Positions 7,689 through 17,989 of a DNA stretch of 64,000 nucleotides are shown here, piece by piece (positions within the stretch are counted from its first letter, which is position 1; every line of letters begins with the position of its first letter). Below the pieces are notes generated by a model. That model searched no databases, had not been told where the DNA came from, and saw only the letters and a program-made list of their open reading frames with translations. Origin of the DNA: Gemmatimonadota bacterium (GTDB lineage Bacteria > Gemmatimonadota > Gemmatimonadetes > Gemmatimonadales > GWC2-71-9); the NCBI GenBank assembly GCA_039586365.1, contig JBDHKN010000029.1, positions 8,128-72,127 on the forward strand, in the 5' to 3' direction. The position numbers were made by a program, and so were the translations under genes.

Positions 7689-10358
7689 TCAATCTCCTCT
7701 CAGAGCTACCATCGGATCCACCTGCGTCGCCCTTCGCGCCGGCATGTAGCTCGCAAGCAAAGCGACCGCGATGAGAGTAGCCGGGACACCGAGGAACACG
7801 GTCGTATCGGTGGTTGAGACGCCGAAGAGATAGCTCGACAGGACGCGCGTCGCCGCCCAAGCGCCGCCTAGCCCGAGCAGCACGCCTACGGAGACCAAGA
7901 ACAGCCCGCGCCCCACGATCGCCCGCGATACCACCAAAACCGGCGCACCCAGCGCGATCTTGATTCCGATCTCGTGAGTGCTGCGCGCCACAGTGTACGC
8001 CATTACACCGTAGAGACCCACGGCTCCCAGCACCAATGCCAGCAGCGCAAACCCGGTCAGCAGCTGTGTGAAGGAGCGTGACTCGGCCATCGTTCTGTTC
8101 ACCACCTCGTCCATTGTGCGCACACGCGATATCGGAACGTCTCCGTCCACCGACCAGACGGCACGCTTGACCGCGTCGATCATGTCTGTACTGGGACCGG
8201 CGGTGCGCACCAACAAGTACATCCGCGAGGAACTCCACTGCTGGTATGGGAAGAACATCTCAGGTCTGGCATCGACGTCGAGCTGATACTGTCGTATGTC
8301 ACCAACGACACCGACGACCGTGAAATAGGTATCGCCCGTAAATCCGCCCACTCGCTTGCCTAGCGGATTGCCATCCGGCGCTACCTGACGTGCCATCGAT
8401 TCGTTGATGATCATCACCGGTTCACCATCCGCCCTATCCGCGGCGTCGAACTCGCGGCCCTGCAACAATGGGATGCGCATGGTGCGGAAGTAGCCCGGTG
8501 TGGCCGAGCTCGCGTTGGCCCGGGGCATCGGAGTGCCCTCAGGCCGCTGCTCGTCCTGGATATCCCAGAGCATGCCGGAGGTAGAACCCGTCATCGGTAG
8601 ATAGTTCACCATCCCCAGCCCCACCACACCCGGCACCGCGTCGACCGATTCACCAACTTGCGCATAGTAGGCGCGTAGATCCGACGACACGCGATATCTG
8701 AGGGACGGTGGGGAGACGCGCAGCGTCAGCAGCTGTTCGTGATCGAAGCCGGGATCGACCCGCTGCAACAGCAACGCGCTCTTCATCATCAACCCCGCCC
8801 CGATGACCAGAACGACAGCAAGCGCGGTTTCAGCCACGACGAGTGTCATGCGCAGGCGCTGCGATCCAGCGGCGGTCATGTGTCTGGTTCCCTCTTTCAG
8901 TGAGTTCCCCACTTCGTTGGTGGTTGTGCGGACCGCAGGCAGGAGCCCGAACAGCAGACTGGCCAGGAGCGTGATACCCAACGTGAAAAGGAGTACACGA
9001 ACGTCGATCCCTACAGCATCAGCTAGGGGCAGCTCGACGGGCATGTTGCCCGTGACAAGCGAGACCGTCCAGGCCGCTCCCACGAATCCAACCGCCCCAC
9101 CCAACAACCCTAGCAAGGTGGTTTCCGTAAGCAGTTGTCGCATGACTCGCCAGCGACTCGCCCCCAGCGCCACGCGAACGGCGAGTTCTCGCTGCCGCCC
9201 AGCGCCCCTTGCAAGCAACAGGTTGGCCACATTGGTACACGCCACGAGAAGCACCAGTCCGACTGCAGCAAAGAGCAACAGCAAGCGTGGCCTGACGCCA
9301 CCCACCAACGCGTCATGGACCGATACGACCCCGGAGGCCTGGACCAGGTATTCCGGGATCCACGTATTGTCCGAATGAAACTCTAGTGCGAGCGAGTGCA
9401 CCTCTGTGTTTGCGGCTTCCAACGTCACTCCCGGCGCCAGCCTTCCGATGACACGGCAGCTGGCCCTGCCTGCATAGTCCGGGAAGTCCGCGGGATCCAC
9501 CTCCATAGGCACCCACACACTCCAGGTCGACTCCAAAGGATGGTAGTCGGCTGGCATCACCCCTATGACGATGCGGGATTCCTTGCCCCCGCCACCCAAG
9601 GTGATCGACTTGCCGACTATCCCCGGATCGGATCCGAAACGGCGCGTCCACAAGCGGTGGCTCAACAGTACCACGTTCCCGCCACCCGGCATCTCCTCTT
9701 CAGCAGTGAACGGTCTCCCCAGGACGGGTTGTGATCCCATGACCGTGAAGTGATTGACGGAGACCACTGCGCCAATCAGCTCTTCGGGCTCGCCTTCGCC
9801 GGTGAGAGAGAACGTTTCCGTCGCGGTCGCCGAAAGACCCGAGAATGAGCGTGTCCGTTCTTCGAACCGGTCCACCAGACTCTTGTTGAAGGTCAACTGC
9901 GGCCACACGCGTACGATCCTGTCGGGCTCGTGATAAGACAGCGGTTTCAGCAGCACTCCATCGATCACACTGAAGATCGCCGAGTTTGCGCCCACACCGA
10001 GCGCAATGGTGATTACGGCCACCGCGGTGTATCCGCGGGCCCGAGCTAACACACGTGTCGCGTAGCGGAAGTCGCCCAGGAACGAGTGCAGACTCCTGAT
10101 CCTCTTTGACGTCGTGGTTGGACTGTCATTACGCAGCCCACGCGTTTCCCATCTCAGCCGGAATGACTGCAGCGAAAGAGCCTCACGCCACAATTGACTT
10201 CGTGCGAACGCGGTCCCGCGGTCGCGTACATCGCGGTCATAGGCCTCGCGAACGTCTCCCAGGACCTGATCACGATACTCACGCGGCAGCATCAGCCTGA
10301 GCAGTAGCGTTGGGATCAGGGGCAAGGAGCGAGTCTCTTCTCCCGGTACGTCGCTCAT
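7689..10358 (-). CDS. ADOP family duplicated ABC permease
   Basis: permease-prefix N-terminus (LGDVREAY), LGVGANSAIF, ACTNVANLLLAR, PARRATQVDPMVALR. Confidence 0.93.
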   Translation of the reverse strand: MSDVPGEETRSLPLIPTLLLRLMLPREYRDQVLGDVREAYDRDVRDRGTAFARSQLWREALSLQSFRLRWETRGLRNDSPTTTSKRIRSLHSFLGDFRYATRVLARARGYTAVAVITIALGVGANSAIFSVIDGVLLKPLSYHEPDRIVRVWPQLTFNKSLVDRFEERTRSFSGLSATATETFSLTGEGEPEELIGAVVSVNHFTVMGSQPVLGRPFTAEEEMPGGGNVVLLSHRLWTRRFGSDPGIVGKSITLGGGGKESRIVIGVMPADYHPLESTWSVWVPMEVDPADFPDYAGRASCRVIGRLAPGVTLEAANTEVHSLALEFHSDNTWIPEYLVQASGVVSVHDALVGGVRPRLLLLFAAVGLVLLVACTNVANLLLARGAGRQRELAVRVALGASRWRVMRQLLTETTLLGLLGGAVGFVGAAWTVSLVTGNMPVELPLADAVGIDVRVLLFTLGITLLASLLFGLLPAVRTTTNEVGNSLKEGTRHMTAAGSQRLRMTLVVAETALAVVLVIGAGLMMKSALLLQRVDPGFDHEQLLTLRVSPPSLRYRVSSDLRAYYAQVGESVDAVPGVVGLGMVNYLPMTGSTSGMLWDIQDEQRPEGTPMPRANASSATPGYFRTMRIPLLQGREFDAADRADGEPVMIINESMARQVAPDGNPLGKRVGGFTGDTYFTVVGVVGDIRQYQLDVDARPEMFFPYQQWSSSRMYLLVRTAGPSTDMIDAVKRAVWSVDGDVPISRVRTMDEVVNRTMAESRSFTQLLTGFALLALVLGAVGLYGVMAYTVARSTHEIGIKIALGAPVLVVSRAIVGRGLFLVSVGVLLGLGGAWAATRVLSSYLFGVSTTDTTVFLGVPATLIAVALLASYMPARRATQVDPMVALRGD

Positions 10359-10693
10359 GACGCCACCTCCGTTTCAGACGCCGCGCCAAACCCTTCCCAC
10401 ATCCTCTCCATCCGGCGCCGAGATTCCTCCAGCTCCGTGATCCCCTTTTTCTTCACGGTGAAGTACCGCTTCGCCTTGCCTCCCCTGACAGGCGTGGGGT
10501 CCGCGAGGAAAGACGACACGTAGCCCTTCTTCTCGAGCCGAACCAGCGTAACGTAGATGGCGCTCACCGACAGGCGACGGCCAGTTCGCTCGAGTATTTC
10601 CTGTCTGATGGTGGTGCCGTGAGCGTTCTTCCCCAACCGCCAAACAGCCAACAGCATCAGACGCTCGGCTTCACCTAGGTGGGTGCCTTTCAT
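10355..10693 (-). CDS. PadR-family transcriptional regulator (ADOP-associated)
   Basis: LLAVWRLG...AIYVTLVRLEKKG...RGGKAKRYF; overlaps the permease start (ATGA). Confidence 0.9.
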   Translation of the reverse strand: MKGTHLGEAERLMLLAVWRLGKNAHGTTIRQEILERTGRRLSVSAIYVTLVRLEKKGYVSSFLADPTPVRGGKAKRYFTVKKKGITELEESRRRMERMWEGFGAASETEVAS

Positions 10694-10720
10694 GGAGGAG
10701 TTCCTGTAGATTTAAACAAC

Positions 10721-10749
10721 AAAATAAATATAATAACTGGTGTGTGCAA
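10721..10749 (-). promoter_or_regulatory. sigma70-like promoter for padR-ADOP
   Basis: TTGCAC-N17-TATTTT on the minus strand in an AT-rich island upstream of padR. Confidence 0.45.
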
Positions 10750-10887
10750 GGACGAAGACCAGAGGCGCGCTGCAGCGACTAGCCAACGACGAATGATGGA
10801 GAGGCCATGGTCCATTCAGGCGTCTCCTCAGGAGCACCCCGGGTGCCGAGCCGGAGGCGATAGTGCCCGGCGTCCAGGAGCCAGGTA

Positions 10888-11072
10888 GATGCTGACGAGT
10901 TGCCGGAGTTCTTGCGTCGTGGTGGCTTGCGTGCGGTGTATCACGGACGTTCCCATCGAGCCACTCTGAAGGAACTCACCCGAGCGTACCAGAACCTGGT
11001 GGAGGATTCGACGCGGGTGATGCAGCGGCTGAAGGCGTTGTTCCGTGCCCGTGGCACCAAGGCGCCCGGTCG
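10888..11072 (+). mobile_element. IS110-family transposase internal remnant
   Basis: DADELPEFLRRGGLRAVYHG...TLKELTRAYQNLVEDSTRVMQRLKALFRARG. Confidence 0.65.
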
Positions 11073-11134
11073 TCTTCGCTATCGCTCAGAGATCGCCACC
11101 GATCCTGCCCTACAGGTGACGCCGGTCTTCGCTC

Positions 11135-12847
11135 CTATCGGCGCCCCGTCTGACTCGGGCCTAGCTCAACCTCGCAGGTGAGCGAGAGTCCGTCCTGTCG
11201 GCACCACGCCTGTCCCTCGCTGGTGAACAATTCCTTGCCCGCCCACTCATATGTTTCGTCTGCCGGCATAGCCGGCTGGGCGGAATAGTAACTTCCTGCC
11301 ATCGCCGGATCTCCCACGCCGTCCCACTTCGAAATGAGCGGATAGTTGAAAACCGGCCGGCTGGCGACCACTGCCCCATCGATTGTCCTTGACGTCAACA
11401 GGCTGTCGGGCGCGACGCCTTTCTCCACCCAGTGCATCATCGCGCTGACCACGTCCATTTCGCTAGGACCCGAGCCGCCTTGGCAATGATACATGCCGGG
11501 AATCATGAACGTGCGGGTGAAGGTGTCGGCAAGTTCCTCGCCGACCGTTTCGCGAAGCGCGGCGCGATAGGCGAGCGTGTTAGTTGGTGCGATGTGCTGG
11601 TCCGCCGAACCGTGCCAGAGGATCAGCTTGCCGCCCGCCTCGGCGAAAGGCCGAAGGTCTGGGTTCATCGCGGCCAGCACCTGGCCGGTCGGCTTCAGGC
11701 TTTCGAAGGTCGCCGCGTCGAAGGCCAGATCGGCCAGGTCGTAATCGGGTGCGGGGTCGTCCCACCAAGCCAGGTGGCGTAGAAAGCCCAATGCGATCGC
11801 CACGGCGAAGGGCGGCCGGTCAGGGTCGTCGGCGGTATTGACGCCGGGCCAGGCGGCCTCGGAGCCCGGCATGGCGCCGGAGATCGTCAGCCGGCGGCCG
11901 GTTTCGTCGCGCGGACCCTCATAGATGCGCCGCGCCACCTCGGCTTCCGCCGGTGCGAAGCAGGTAGCTGGGTCAGCGCCCTCTGCACAGGTGGCCGAAG
12001 CGACGTCGAAGGTGCAGAGGCGAGGGTCGTCGATGACGCGATCGTTCAGCCCGTCGATGCCGTCGCAGGCGGCGAGGACCGCCTCATGCAACAGCGGCAC
12101 CCGACCGCTCTCCAGTACTGCCTTCCCGTTCGGCCCCCGGTTCGCCATTGCGTTCCAGGAGTGATAGAAAGTGTTCTGAATGACGAAGTTGAAGGCCGGC
12201 GCTCCGGCCGTGATGCCGTCGAAGTCTTCGGGATAGCGCTGCGCAGACATCATCCCCTCCCTGCCGCCGTCCGAACAGCCGACGAAGTAGGAATGTCGCG
12301 GCTCCTGTCCGTAAAACGCTGCGATGATTGCCTTGCTTGCCACCGCAACCACATGCACGCCGCGATAGGCGAAGTCAATCCGGGCCTGAGGGTCACCGGC
12401 CGCCCAGATCCCGTCGTCGAGACCCGCGCCCTGATGGCCAAGGTTTGACGCCACCGTGGCGGCCGTCCCTTCATCTATCGGAGCGCAACCGTTAGCCTGA
12501 CTGACACCCATGCGGATCGAGCCGCAAAGGCCGCCGCAGCCGGCGAACACTAGTCGTTGGGTCCAGTTCATGGTCGGCAGGTGCAGCTCGAAACCCACTT
12601 GTGGGGCTACGTAGCCCGTTACCCTACAATAGGGTGCGGGGGCGGTCTCGGTCACCAAATCGGCGGACAGGATGCGGGTCGGCGCCTCAGGCAGCGTGGA
12701 AAAGTCGGCGAACGTCAGCCGCTCGCATTCCATGCCCGGCCTCACGACTGGTGGATCGATCAGATTGGACTCCTGTGCCCATGCGAAAGGCGCCGAAGTT
12801 ATCATGAGGGCCAACAGTCCAGAAGAGACGTTGCCACGGATGGTCAT
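11135..12847 (-). CDS. tannase/feruloyl esterase family alpha/beta hydrolase, secreted
   Basis: signal peptide; GCSDGGREG nucleophile motif; WHGSADQHI; PGMYHCQGG. Confidence 0.93.
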   Translation of the reverse strand: MTIRGNVSSGLLALMITSAPFAWAQESNLIDPPVVRPGMECERLTFADFSTLPEAPTRILSADLVTETAPAPYCRVTGYVAPQVGFELHLPTMNWTQRLVFAGCGGLCGSIRMGVSQANGCAPIDEGTAATVASNLGHQGAGLDDGIWAAGDPQARIDFAYRGVHVVAVASKAIIAAFYGQEPRHSYFVGCSDGGREGMMSAQRYPEDFDGITAGAPAFNFVIQNTFYHSWNAMANRGPNGKAVLESGRVPLLHEAVLAACDGIDGLNDRVIDDPRLCTFDVASATCAEGADPATCFAPAEAEVARRIYEGPRDETGRRLTISGAMPGSEAAWPGVNTADDPDRPPFAVAIALGFLRHLAWWDDPAPDYDLADLAFDAATFESLKPTGQVLAAMNPDLRPFAEAGGKLILWHGSADQHIAPTNTLAYRAALRETVGEELADTFTRTFMIPGMYHCQGGSGPSEMDVVSAMMHWVEKGVAPDSLLTSRTIDGAVVASRPVFNYPLISKWDGVGDPAMAGSYYSAQPAMPADETYEWAGKELFTSEGQAWCRQDGLSLTCEVELGPSQTGRR

Positions 12848-13188
12848 CTAGACCTCCCTTCTTCCTTGAGCTTGCTCTCCTTGGGGAGCTTCCTGCGGGC
12901 ATCTTCCCCAAGGTATCGTCGACCGGGACTGCACTCCTACCGGGATAATGTCCGGAATACACGCCTGTCCATCCGATTTCGATCCGTGCGCACGGTGTCG
13001 GTGGTCGTGAGGCTGGCATCATCGGCGATTTCGATCGGCACCTCCTGCGCGCCTGTGGGATGTTCGGTAGAACAGCGCTTTCTCCTTGGGCACGCTCACC
13101 GCCGCTCAAGGGACCCATCTAGCCAAGAACGCAACGCGGGCGCCCATCGCCGCACACCAATCGAACGAAGCTACGATCTTCCGCTCTC

Positions 13189-13268
13189 TGCAAACCATTT
13201 GCTAACCCACTGCACGGGACTGGATGGTACAGGACGGGACAGGATGGGATGAAGGATACGCTAAGTCC
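13189..13268 (+). repeat. att-like module copy 3 (left half only)
   Basis: TGCAAACCATT-TGCTAACCCAC tandem, 4 phased GG(G/T)A(C/T) decamers, GCTAAGTC, then homology ends. Confidence 0.7.
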
Positions 13269-13339
13269 GCAGACCGCCCTCGATCGTCGGCCCGGTCATC
13301 TGAAGGACGATCCCGTAAAGGGCCCGTTTCCTAAGGCTG

Positions 13340-13560
13340 TTTGCACGCTAACAATCGTTGTCTGCACCGGTGCACACGGCATTCGAAACGGTGCATGCGC
13401 CGCGTGCAGGGTTCCAGCAAGCGTGTGCAACGGTACAGACAGCATGGATGGTGTTTCATATTGCGTGTGCAATGTTACACAGGCTTGGGACGCTTTGCAT
13501 ACGGGCATTGCGGTCCTGCAAACAGCGTTCGTGGCCCTGCAAACATCGTCCGAGCCCTCA
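13340..13560. repeat. degenerate 21-bp-period TGCA repeat tract
   Basis: TGCA at 13342, 13363, 13405, 13426, 13468, then 13496, 13517, 13538; all three + frames are open across it. Confidence 0.65.
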
Positions 13561-13939
13561 AATTCGACAGGGGTGAAGGGATGGCTGTAGCCCTCGCTCA
13601 GAACGCCTCAACGTAGACGAGCGCAGTCCCTCTGGGTGCTGCGACACTCAGCTCGCGTTCCCAGACAGCTAGTTCGCCAGCCCCGTCAGTGAGAACGCGT
13701 TCCCGGTCACGTGGAACGGGTTGCCGATCAGCCAGGACGCGAGAGAGGTGGTGGGAGACGCGTTCTAGGGTTGCTGCAACCCGAGCTGGGTCGTCCAGGT
13801 GGCGAGCTGGATTAGGGAGAAGCCGGCCATAGGGGTGGAGGAACCCCGGCTTCTGCCACGTCACTGTATGTAGCACAAGGAGATAGCCGATACCGGCCGG
13901 GTGAGTCGGTGTAGTTGCCCGACAGCCCTGGTTCCGCGG

Positions 13940-15304
13940 TCATTGCCCTGGCCTCCCGTGCGCAATCTTCGGCCACCATTCAGCAAGATTGAAACTGTCA
14001 GGATTCCGGTGACAGCCCTGACACGTCTGTTCGTTCGGGATTCTGCCACCGGCCGCTACAAACGCCTCGTGGTCGCTCATGACATTGACCGCCATGTACT
14101 CTGACCCAGGCCCGTGGCAACTCTCGCAGCCGACTCCCTCCGTCTGGTCGAACGTGCTGGCGAACAGCGCGTCGGGGTCGCCGAAGCCGGTTGAGTGGCA
14201 GATGAGGCAGCGATCGTCCTCGCGCGGGTCCTCAATGTCCCGGAAATGGGGGCGGGACCGTGCGAGCACCAGCGACCACTCAGTCGCGAGTCGCCAGTAC
14301 GCGGATCCGTGTCGACTGCTCACCCACGGCACGTACTGGTTGCCATGCTCCTGGCGAATGTGGCAGTCGCGGCATGCCTGTGAACCAACGTACATCGGAT
14401 GATCACGTTTCTTCCCCGTTACCGCCCGCCGCAGGAAATGCACCTCGATCCCACTCACGGTACCACCTTCGTCGCGTGAGAATTCGACACTCCAGGGTTC
14501 CGACCGGCAGTAGAATGAATCCGGGCCGGTTGCGTACAGCTCATCGAGACCGAAATCCTGTATCATCAACCTGCCGTCTTCCACCCAGACCTTGAAGTGG
14601 AAATACTGGTCCACGTCGAACAGGCCCTGAAACTCGTACAGCGCCTCCTCTGCGACAGAAACCTCGGCCGGGCGCTCGAACAAATGATCTGCCGGCAGCA
14701 GGCCGTCTCCGTCGCGCAAATCGGGATCAGCGCCGGCAGCGAGAAGTAGCTCGACCACATCCGGCTGGCCCGCCCGGTACGCGACGTGCAACGGAGTCCA
14801 ACCTTCGTTCGTGGTTGCACGAAGGTCCGCGCCCAGTTCGATGAGCAGCCGCGCTACTTCGCGGCAGCCACGCCGGGCCGCGACATGCAGAGGTGTTCGG
14901 CCCCACTGGTTCTGTGTAGTGATATCCCCGCCAGCGTCGATGAGAAGCTGCAGCATGTCGGGTCGGTCGTAATGCGCCACCCGGTGCATAACAGTGCCTC
15001 CATCGGCCCCGACGCGAGTAACCGGTGCACCGTTGGCCAAGAGCCGCCGGAACGTGCGCCAGTGTTTGCGTGTGGCCGCCCAGTCGAGGGCCGTCATTCC
15101 CTGAGCATCTACAGCATTTGCGAGGGTGGAATCCTCCTCCAACCCCCTCCGTACCGCGTTGTCATCCCCGCGCCTCGCTGCAGCGACAAACTCGCGTGCC
15201 CTACTGTCGTCCTGAATTTCCTGCGGGACATCGTGGTCGGTGAGCGAATAGCCTGCAACGTACAAGAACACGGCGATAGCTACCCCTCCGATGGCGTTTG
15301 TCAT
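13940..15304 (-). CDS. ankyrin-repeat / tetraheme cytochrome c (c554-like) fusion, exported
   Basis: N-terminal hydrophobic signal; 4-5 ankyrin repeats (GRTPLHVAA, GWTPLHVA); CxxCH x4 (CRDCH, CLICH, CESCH, CQGCH); ATG at 15304 with GGAGG RBS. Confidence 0.88.
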   Translation of the reverse strand: MTNAIGGVAIAVFLYVAGYSLTDHDVPQEIQDDSRAREFVAAARRGDDNAVRRGLEEDSTLANAVDAQGMTALDWAATRKHWRTFRRLLANGAPVTRVGADGGTVMHRVAHYDRPDMLQLLIDAGGDITTQNQWGRTPLHVAARRGCREVARLLIELGADLRATTNEGWTPLHVAYRAGQPDVVELLLAAGADPDLRDGDGLLPADHLFERPAEVSVAEEALYEFQGLFDVDQYFHFKVWVEDGRLMIQDFGLDELYATGPDSFYCRSEPWSVEFSRDEGGTVSGIEVHFLRRAVTGKKRDHPMYVGSQACRDCHIRQEHGNQYVPWVSSRHGSAYWRLATEWSLVLARSRPHFRDIEDPREDDRCLICHSTGFGDPDALFASTFDQTEGVGCESCHGPGSEYMAVNVMSDHEAFVAAGGRIPNEQTCQGCHRNPDSFNLAEWWPKIAHGRPGQ

Positions 15305-15495
15305 GTCGTCTCCCCTCCAGTGAAGGCCCGGGCGACACTGGCACAAGCTTACCTACAGTGATGCTTGCGGAGCGCCTCGCCGCTAGTGACGCCTTGTCAC
15401 GACGCTCCAAGCACTCAAGTACGTCGTGGGCGAGTTCACTCAAGCCGCCAGACGTAGCTGTGCGATCGAGAATCACAGGTACGCGAACAGCATTG

Positions 15496-17714
15496 CTAGG
15501 GATGGCAGAAGGATTCCGAAACTGCTTGCGCGTCGAAGGCCGTTTGCTTCTGCCGAGCCTTGTCGATGAGCGGCGTGAAACGCGGGTTGCTGTGCAGAGG
15601 CTTCAGGAACGGATTGTACTCTTCGAGATAGCGATAGTTGCAGAACCCCCAGTTAATCGCTCTGTCCAGCCACTCGAGGGCGTCGTCGTCGGCGCCAACC
15701 ATAGCGAGACAACCGGCGATGAAGATCGGGAACGTCTCATCGGTCTTGGCCACTTCCACCATGACGTGCTTTTCGGACATCTGTGTCATGACCGCATTGC
15801 GGTCACCGTCCGCTGCCCGGCAGTACAGTTCACTGAGATCTGCAACAGGCACCGCGTCGGTAGCTGCAACGCCCGCAAAGCCCTCTCTCGCCTCGTCGAG
15901 CCGACCGGAGTGTGCTTTTGCCAGTGCCAGAAACCATGAGATATGCGTGTTATCTAAGCCCAGATCCTCGATTGTCTTCTGGAGCCGGGACGTGGCAGTA
16001 TCAAACTGGCCATCCATCAGATCTACCCATGCCTGGGCGGCACTGGCGTACATCTCGAGCGGGTCCAGAACAACGGCCTCAGCCGCGACTTCCCGTGCCT
16101 CGTCGAGTCTACCTACCATGGCGAGGATCCCTCCAAGAAAGCTGAGGACGTCTGTATTCCTATCTATCTCTCTCGCACGCCTCAGCAGTCTCACGACTTC
16201 CTCGAAGTCGCCCTCTTTGGACCGGACATGTGCTTTCGCAAACAGCGCCAACCCAAGGTCCGGCGCCAATACGAGTGCTCTCGATGCATGTTTGTCGGCT
16301 TGCTGCAGGGTCTCACGGTCGTGGCTGATCCCGAATTCGAACGAGAGACTGTAGCACCGAGCGAGCGTCGCATGTATCAGCGCATTCTCTCCCGCGATCT
16401 CCTTGGCCCGGCGGACGAGTTGCGTCGCTCGTTCGATGCCTTCCTTTGACAGTTTCATCATCTCCTGGCGTGCACGGAGCAAGGCATCATAGGCGCGGAA
16501 GTCTTCCAAGCGGCGATACGCAATGCGGCGGCCCTCGTCCGGAGTCAATGTTACTCGTAGAGCCTCAGCAATTCGACGCGACAGCTGTTCCTGAAGATCG
16601 AAGATGTCATTGAGGCTGCCGGTGTACCTGTCCGCCCAGAGGTGTCCTTGAACTGCATCGCAGAGGTACGGGAAATGACGCGAAGCTGCCGCAACTCGGA
16701 AAGCTCGGCGATCAGCTCCTCGGTCAATCCGTCAGCAAAGAACGCGTTGTCCGGATCGGGGCTCAGATTCTCGAACGGCAGCACCACGATCGACTTGATT
16801 TCCGGCTCCGCCTCCTTCGCAGCCGCAAACAGCGCCTCGGCGAACGCCTTGGCCGACTCGAACCGGTCCGCTGGCGCTTTGCCAAGCGCCCTGCTAATGG
16901 CTGCAGCCACCGGCTGCGGAACGCCCGAGCGGACCGCGTCAATCGCGGGTGCCGGTTCGGACACGTGCTTCAGCAACACGGCGCGGAGAGTTGATGCAGT
17001 GAAGGGCGGATCTCCGGCGAGCATCTCGTACAGCACGCACGCCAGCGAGTAGACGTCGCTCCTGCTATCGATCTCTCTTTCACCCGCCACCTGCTCGGGA
17101 CTCATGTAGTTCGGTGTACCCAGGGGCAGGCCCGTACCGGTGAGGCGCTCGCCGCCCGCCGCCGTGACCGCCAACGCAATGCCGAAGTCGGCGACCACCG
17201 CATGGCCTTCACGCATGAGGACGTTCTCAGGCTTGATGTCCCTGTGCACCACACCCTGCCGATGTGCCGACTCGAGTGCCTCGGCGATCTGGGCCGTGAT
17301 CCTCAGGGCATCCTCGATGGGAAGCTGCTTCTCGCGGTTGAGTCTCTGTCTGAGTGACTCTCCCTCGACATACGGCATAACGTAGTAGAGTAACGAGTCT
17401 GCCTCTCCTGAGTCATGCAGTGGAAGGATGTGCGGGTGCTGCAGGTTGGCGGTGACGGTGATCTCGTTCAGAAACCGGTTGGCACCAAGGACCGCCGAAA
17501 GGTCCGGACGCAAGACCTTGATCGCCACCTGGCGGTGGTGCTTACAGTCCTCGGCGAGGAAGACGGTCGCCATCCCACCGCTACCGATCTCTCGCTCGAT
17601 GGTGTAGCGGTCGGCGAGGGCCGTCTTGAGGCGCTCCAAAGGGTCAGACGTGCGCTGAACTCCAGGGCGGAGCCTTCGCAGGGCCGTCTTGAAGCGCTCC
17701 AGGGGGTCAGACAT
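15496..17714 (-). pseudogene. Ser/Thr kinase-TolB-like-TPR protein split by a frameshifting internal deletion
   Basis: intact kinase motifs (HRDIKPEN, DFG, GTPNYMSPE); SIVVLPFENLS...VISRTSAMQFKDT joins out of frame to HLWADRYTGSLNDIFDLQE at 16641-16647; TPR part continues as ORF 15496-16548. Confidence 0.85.
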
Positions 17715-17743
17715 TCACTGAACTTCCAGGTGGAGTCCCCGCT

Positions 17744-17772
17744 AAGCTACGGGCCGTCTGGTGTTGCGGCCA
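17744..17772 (-). promoter_or_regulatory. kinase-associated promoter-like motif TGGCCG-N17-TAGCTT
   Basis: conserved motif and spacing, about 30 nt upstream of the kinase ATG. Confidence 0.6.
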
Positions 17773-17785
17773 GGGTGGACTGCCC

Positions 17786-17870
17786 TGTAAACCACTGGCA
17801 AACCAACAGGAAGGGACAGGACGGGACGGAGGGTTGCTAAGTCGGTACAGGACGGGCCAAACGGGACCAG
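17786..17870 (+). repeat. att-like module copy 4
   Basis: TGTAAACCACT-GGCAAACCAAC tandem, phased GGGAC decamers, GCTAAGTCGGTACAG, truncated before the tRNA core. Confidence 0.7.
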
Positions 17871-17989
17871 GTGGCGGGCAGGCGTTAGGCAGGTGTTATG
17901 GAGTCGGGATCAGCGTTTCTTCCGGCGGTTACGGCCCCGAAGGCCTCGGTTTCGGCGGCTTTCCGACACTTTCGGGTCCCTGCGTTGCT

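Noticed and set aside
13598..13876. 92-aa ORF as a real gene
   Set aside because: No recognisable motif or RBS; it may be another orphan fragment but I cannot support a call.
16551..16660. Programmed frameshift joining the kinase and TPR ORFs
   Set aside because: No slippery run, and a conserved domain segment is physically missing, so a deletion explains it better.
17884..17890. GTTAGGC as an integron attC/attI core
   Set aside because: No upstream complementary GCCTAAC hairpin; better explained as the junction of the GGCAGGYGTTA tandem.
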